From positions 1 to 40,827 of the forward strand of contig CAZWDO010000028.1 of NCBI GenBank assembly GCA_964632485.1: DNA of 40,827 nucleotides. Direction: 5' to 3'. A program made the position numbers and the translations under genes. This DNA is from an uncultured bacterium (GTDB taxonomy: Bacteria > JAGOEH01). Below the pieces are notes generated by a model that was given only the letters and a program-made list of their open reading frames with translations, was not told where the DNA came from and did no database searches. Shown here in pieces: positions 36,926 through 40,827 of this stretch (position 1 is the stretch's first letter; every line of letters starts with the position of its first letter).

Positions 36926-37553
36926 TCTGGGTAGTGGATTCTTTCAAATTATCGATGGCTGGGAAAATCTGGATTATATGCCGCATCACATCCAATGGAT
37001 GCTGTTTTATTACATTAAAAGAGTATTACGCCCCTTGCGCCTCTATAAAAACCCCAATTGGCCCGATCAGATACGTTTTGTCAACTCCGTGAAAAACCAT
37101 GATATCACTCGCGGCTTGCCGTATCAGGATGCAATATTTGATTATATTTACGCATCCCATTTTCTGGAGCATTTTACCCTTCAACAGGGTCGACGAATTT
37201 TAAAAGAATGCTCGCGTTCGCTTAAACCCGGAGGCATTCTGCGTCTGGTCGTTCCCGATCTGGATTGGTTCGTCAAGGCCTATCTTGAAAATAATTCCGA
37301 ACAATTAAATGAATTAAAACGTCAATACTCAGATTTTTCAACTGTAACCGATAACGCTGAACTGCTCAATCATATTTTTTATGTTGCCGGCCATCATTTT
37401 ATTTACAACGCCGCTAAGCTTGAAGATATCCTTTGTCAATTAAATTTTATCGATGTTCATCGGGAAACCTGGGCAAATTCAAAAATCCCGGGCATTGGCA
37501 ATTTTGAATTAAAACGTGTTGAAAACCTGTATATTGAAGCAGTTCGAGCATGA
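36906..37553 (+). CDS. Class I SAM-dependent methyltransferase
   Basis: Motifs LNLGSG, HDITRGLPY, FDYIYASHFLEH and LKPGGILRLVVPD. Confidence 0.88.
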   Translation: MPPQGLNLGSGFFQIIDGWENLDYMPHHIQWMLFYYIKRVLRPLRLYKNPNWPDQIRFVNSVKNHDITRGLPYQDAIFDYIYASHFLEHFTLQQGRRILKECSRSLKPGGILRLVVPDLDWFVKAYLENNSEQLNELKRQYSDFSTVTDNAELLNHIFYVAGHHFIYNAAKLEDILCQLNFIDVHRETWANSKIPGIGNFELKRVENLYIEAVRA

Positions 37554-38656
37554 ATCTACATGGAAATCAAAAACTAAAACGCCTGGATCGATGGTTAGGG
37601 CCGTTGCCGCTATTGGTCTGGGGCAGCCTGAAACATCAAGGGAGAATACCACGGCGGATTGAGCGATTGCTCATTATTAACATATCCGTTCTGGGGGACA
37701 GCTTATTAATCCTGCCGATTTTAAAAAGTCTCAAACACTATCATCCCTCTTTAAAAATCGATCTGGTCTGCGCGCCCGAGAACCAATCAGTGTATCGCTA
37801 TCATTCCGCGATTGACCGGCTACTTTGCTTCAGGCCCGGTCAATGGTTTCAGCGATGGACAAAATGGGGAAATCCGGGTTATGATCTCGTTATTGACACC
37901 GGACAATGGATTCGTTTGTCAGCGCTGCTGGCGATGACCTATCCATTGAGTCGTCGGGTGGGATTCAGTACCTACGATCAACATCGGCACTGGGGGTATC
38001 ATCGGACAGTCAGCCATCATCAGGGTGAATGGGAATTTTACCAATATTTAAAATTATTTAAAGAATTGGAAATACCAGAAATTGTCGGCGCGCCCTACTT
38101 GGAATACCCGCAGGATGCGGTTCAGCATGAGATCATCGAACAGTTAAAGGAAGCGCGGGAAAATGGCCGGAAATTGATCCTTCTTCATCCCGGAGCCGGT
38201 AATGAAGCCAAGGCCTGGCCCTTCTATGGCGAGCTCTTGACAAGTGGGCCGGAACTAAAAAATTGTGCGTTTGTGTTCACCGGCAGCAAAGGCGAGGGAC
38301 CAAAAATCGACGCTAATAACGATAGGGTTTATGATTTACGAGGAAAAACTAACCTCTATACCCTGGACCAAGTGATTGGGCTGAGCGATTTAGTAGTCTG
38401 CGGGAACACCGGCCCCCTCTATCTGGCCGCTTTCAGGGAAAAGAAAACCCTCACTTTACCGGGTCCGGTAAGTTCAACCCAGTGGTTTTGGCCCAACCCT
38501 CACGAAACAGTAATCCCGGTCGAATGCTCCCACGCTCCGTGCGTATTTTTGGGATTTGAATACCTTTGTTCAGAATGTTCAGCGTTAAAGCGCATCACTG
38601 CCGTAAAAATCAAACAAGTCATAACTGAAATTTTAAACAATTCAGCCACTCATTAA
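37550..38656 (+). CDS. Glycosyltransferase family 9 (heptosyltransferase-like)
   Basis: Motifs SVLGDSLLILP, LHPGAG...KAWP, DLRGKTNL and NTGPLYLAA. Confidence 0.88.
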   Translation: MNLHGNQKLKRLDRWLGPLPLLVWGSLKHQGRIPRRIERLLIINISVLGDSLLILPILKSLKHYHPSLKIDLVCAPENQSVYRYHSAIDRLLCFRPGQWFQRWTKWGNPGYDLVIDTGQWIRLSALLAMTYPLSRRVGFSTYDQHRHWGYHRTVSHHQGEWEFYQYLKLFKELEIPEIVGAPYLEYPQDAVQHEIIEQLKEARENGRKLILLHPGAGNEAKAWPFYGELLTSGPELKNCAFVFTGSKGEGPKIDANNDRVYDLRGKTNLYTLDQVIGLSDLVVCGNTGPLYLAAFREKKTLTLPGPVSSTQWFWPNPHETVIPVECSHAPCVFLGFEYLCSECSALKRITAVKIKQVITEILNNSATH

Positions 38657-38824
38657 AATGGAAGCAAGCCTATTGACTTCACTACCATTCCATGCAAATT
38701 TGGACAATCTCAATTTTCACCGGTACTGGGTAGTGTTCAATGAGGAACACACAAGTAAAACCATTATCATTGTTGCAAAAAATGGAATCAATGGATAAAA
38801 TCGCTGCATACGAAAGGATGCTTT

Positions 38825-39691
38825 ATGGTACACATTAAAAGGATTTCTTTGATATCCGTAATTCTGATTACATTGGTTATCCTCTTCTGTAGTAAGGAAG
38901 AAAACAACACCACCCTGTCAAATCAAGCCGTAGAAGATGCGGTGGACGTCATTGCCGCCTCAATAGGGGAAAACAATGGTGGCGCATTGGAGCAGATTGG
39001 ACAGATTTTTACTTATTTGATTGAAGATGAAAAAAAAACCCGCCAAATTGAAATGATGGATACAACCCGGCAGATTCAATACGATTCAACAAATAGTCAA
39101 TGGATCATCCGCATTGATCGAACGGCAAATAGTTCAAATGATGATTGCTATGCTCATATAGAGCGAACACAAACCGTCCAATATCTAAATCAAAACAACC
39201 AGGCTCAAAAATTTAGAATTAATTGTGTGGAAAGCGTTTGTGACACAGCGGCTAAAATTCGGTACAAGATTTTAAACGGCCAGGGGACTCTGAGAAACCG
39301 GCGAATCAGTACCCAATTGACAAATATCATCGCCGATTGGACAATTACCGGCTGCGTGACGGACACGATCACCATCAATGGGTCATATTCACGTCAGGGT
39401 ATCGATACGATTCGCAACGCGCAATCTCACAAAATTGTTGATTATATGCTTTATATGACGCTGGTAGATATTAAAAGCCCCCATGAACGGCAAACCCAGG
39501 TTTCAGACAAAATTTCGGGCGTTATTTCCGGGATAGCGCAGATTCATGTCAGTTTCCAACGAGGCGAAACATATCGGGACAGTTCATTCACCCAGGAATT
39601 CACCATTGATTTAAGCAATGGGCAGGGGAATTTGACCGTGATCGGCCGACGATTTCCACTGCTGCTACGATCTGGCGAGCGCAATGAATGA
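38825..39691 (+). CDS. Hypothetical lipoprotein
   Basis: GAAAGGA SD, signal ending VILF-CSK and a beta-rich body. Confidence 0.78.
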   Translation: MVHIKRISLISVILITLVILFCSKEENNTTLSNQAVEDAVDVIAASIGENNGGALEQIGQIFTYLIEDEKKTRQIEMMDTTRQIQYDSTNSQWIIRIDRTANSSNDDCYAHIERTQTVQYLNQNNQAQKFRINCVESVCDTAAKIRYKILNGQGTLRNRRISTQLTNIIADWTITGCVTDTITINGSYSRQGIDTIRNAQSHKIVDYMLYMTLVDIKSPHERQTQVSDKISGVISGIAQIHVSFQRGETYRDSSFTQEFTIDLSNGQGNLTVIGRRFPLLLRSGERNE

Positions 39692-39847
39692 GACCTGGTA
39701 TCAGAAATAGTAACTCGTTGTCGCTGTAAAGAAATTGATCGTTTGTGAGAGAAGAATCAGAGTGGCGTTAACAACATCCACTAATCACCATGCTCATTAG
39801 CGATCCATCCAACGGACAAACAAAATGATAAAAACCCAAAAAAGCGC

Positions 39848-39876
39848 TTGACTTTTTTTAGTTTTATTGATATATT
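39848..39876 (+). promoter_or_regulatory. Sigma70 promoter of tRNA-Lys
   Basis: TTGACT-17 nt-TATATT. Confidence 0.7.
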
Positions 39877-39888
39877 ATGTTAAAGAAT

Positions 39889-39961
39889 GCTCCCATAGCT
39901 CAATTGGCAGAGCAACTGACCCTTAATCAGTGGGTTCTGAGGTCGATTCTCGGTGGGAGCA
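39889..39961 (+). tRNA. tRNA-Lys(CTT) with non-canonical C33 and G54
   Basis: Acceptor stem GCTCCCA/TGGGAGC, D arm GCTC/GAGC, anticodon arm ACTGA-CCCTTAA-TCAGT and T arm CTGAG-GTCGATT-CTCGG. Confidence 0.88.
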
Positions 39962-39991
39962 TCCCAATGAAAGACATAGACTTACGACTTA

Positions 39992-40019
39992 AAAACTGCC
40001 CTCAAAAAGAGGGCGTTTT
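39992..40019 (+). terminator. Terminator-like hairpin after tRNA-Lys
   Basis: GCCCTC-AAAAA-GAGGGC followed by GTTTT. Confidence 0.55.
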
Positions 40020-40256
40020 GGCATGTTTTATCAGTTATCGTAAACTCATGGTAAAACAGGCTTTCTCTTTGAATTTAAATGAGTTAAGACCATTTTCCCA
40101 TAACCAATTATTACAACGGTTCCAATGTAGTTGGTGACCAAATGGTGACCAGAATTGTGAATGGAATTTAAATTTGCTAAATACAAATTTAAATAATCGA
40201 TTAAAAATTGTCATAGGAGGAATTTGACCCACTATGACACTCATTAGCAATAGATT

Positions 40257-40827
40257 CTATCGATTTGCCTTAAAAACATTATTCATCGCATTGACCGCAT
40301 TGTTGAGATCAGATTCGGTCATACGGACGTAGCGTATGGTTGTATTGACGTCTTTATGGCGAGCCAGATTACGAACCGCTTCGACATTCGCCCCGTGCTT
40401 GATCAATTCCGTGCAGAAAAAGCTGCGGGTGTCGTGGAAACGATACCCTTTATCTTCCAGGCCACATGCTTTGAGCAACTTACCGAATGATGTCTTGATA
40501 TCCTTGATCGGCTTTCCTTTGTATAGAAAGACATAGCCTTTTTTATCCCGGGCCTTCGCCTTCATTCGCGCCAATTCCTCAAGCGCGGCATCGCACAAAT
40601 GGACATCCTGAGGCTCACCACTCTTTGTCTCGGCTAAATGTACAACCTTGCGATCAAAATCTATCCGGTCATACCGAAGATTCAACAGCTCACCTTTACG
40701 CATCCCGGTCAACGCCGCGATAATGAGAATCGGCTTGAGATGGGCTCTGTTGCCAGTGCAATTTTCCAACAAAAGATTAAACTCGTCTTCGTTGAAAACC
40801 ACGGTTCGAGTGTTGTCCGGTTTCGGC
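40257..40827 (-). CDS. Tyrosine recombinase/integrase (5' end outside the window)
   Basis: TGMRKGEL (R), TKSG (K), FHDTR (HxxR), ARH and TIRY (Y). The frame stays open to the window end. Confidence 0.93.
   Translation of the reverse strand, partial: PKPDNTRTVVFNEDEFNLLLENCTGNRAHLKPILIIAALTGMRKGELLNLRYDRIDFDRKVVHLAETKSGEPQDVHLCDAALEELARMKAKARDKKGYVFLYKGKPIKDIKTSFGKLLKACGLEDKGYRFHDTRSFFCTELIKHGANVEAVRNLARHKDVNTTIRYVRMTESDLNNAVNAMNNVFKANR

Larger units (their letters stand above)
39962..40827. mobile_element. Left end of a tRNA-Lys-integrated element (prophage or genomic island)
   Basis: An integrase converges on the tRNA 3' end, separated by an AT-rich spacer with the tandem repeat TGGTGACCA. 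The other end is outside the window. Confidence 0.7.

Noticed and set aside
39877..40250. ORFs 39877..40137 (+) and 40035..40250 (-)
   Set aside because: The first overlaps tRNA-Lys and the second covers the att spacer. Neither has coding hallmarks.
40215..40332. AGGAGG followed by a 32-codon hydrophobic ORF antisense to the integrase 3' end (type I toxin-like)
   Set aside because: The SD-ATG spacing of 13 nt is long, and most of the peptide is dictated by the integrase codons on the opposite strand.

Overview
Chromosomal region of a diderm bacterium, probably anaerobic, from a draft or metagenome assembly with one 10-N gap at 372-381. The lineage cannot be assigned from this window. From left to right: (1) a minus-strand run of purL-purQ, a Tat-signal TldD with TldE/PmbA, a beta-barrel/TSP3-repeat/OmpA protein, a secreted hypothetical protein and an M14 carboxypeptidase that the ORF track missed; (2) an outer-membrane protein and rpmB; (3) a contiguous but reduced dcw cluster (mraZ, STAS-like gene, rsmH, split ftsL, ftsI, murF, ftsW, ftsQ, ftsA, ftsZ, radical SAM) with no murE, mraY, murD, murG, murC, murB or ddl; (4) tRNA-Asn; (5) an operon of an apparently non-cleavable LexA/CI-like regulator, a spore-photoproduct-lyase-like radical SAM enzyme, an LptE-like protein and rarA; (6) RseC, a lipoprotein, a glutaredoxin and an FTR-rubredoxin fusion; (7) an HTH-PtsN gene and a five-gene operon including DjlA; (8) GT9-methyltransferase-GT9; (9) a lipoprotein; (10) a non-canonical tRNA-Lys(CTT) next to the tyrosine integrase of an integrated element that runs off the right edge. 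No CRISPR array or rRNA was seen. The best candidates for undescribed biology are the STAS-containing minimal dcw cluster, the dead-LexA/SPL-like operon with its palindromic operator, and the Tat-exported TldDE neighbourhood. All family calls come from motif recognition by eye, not database searches.
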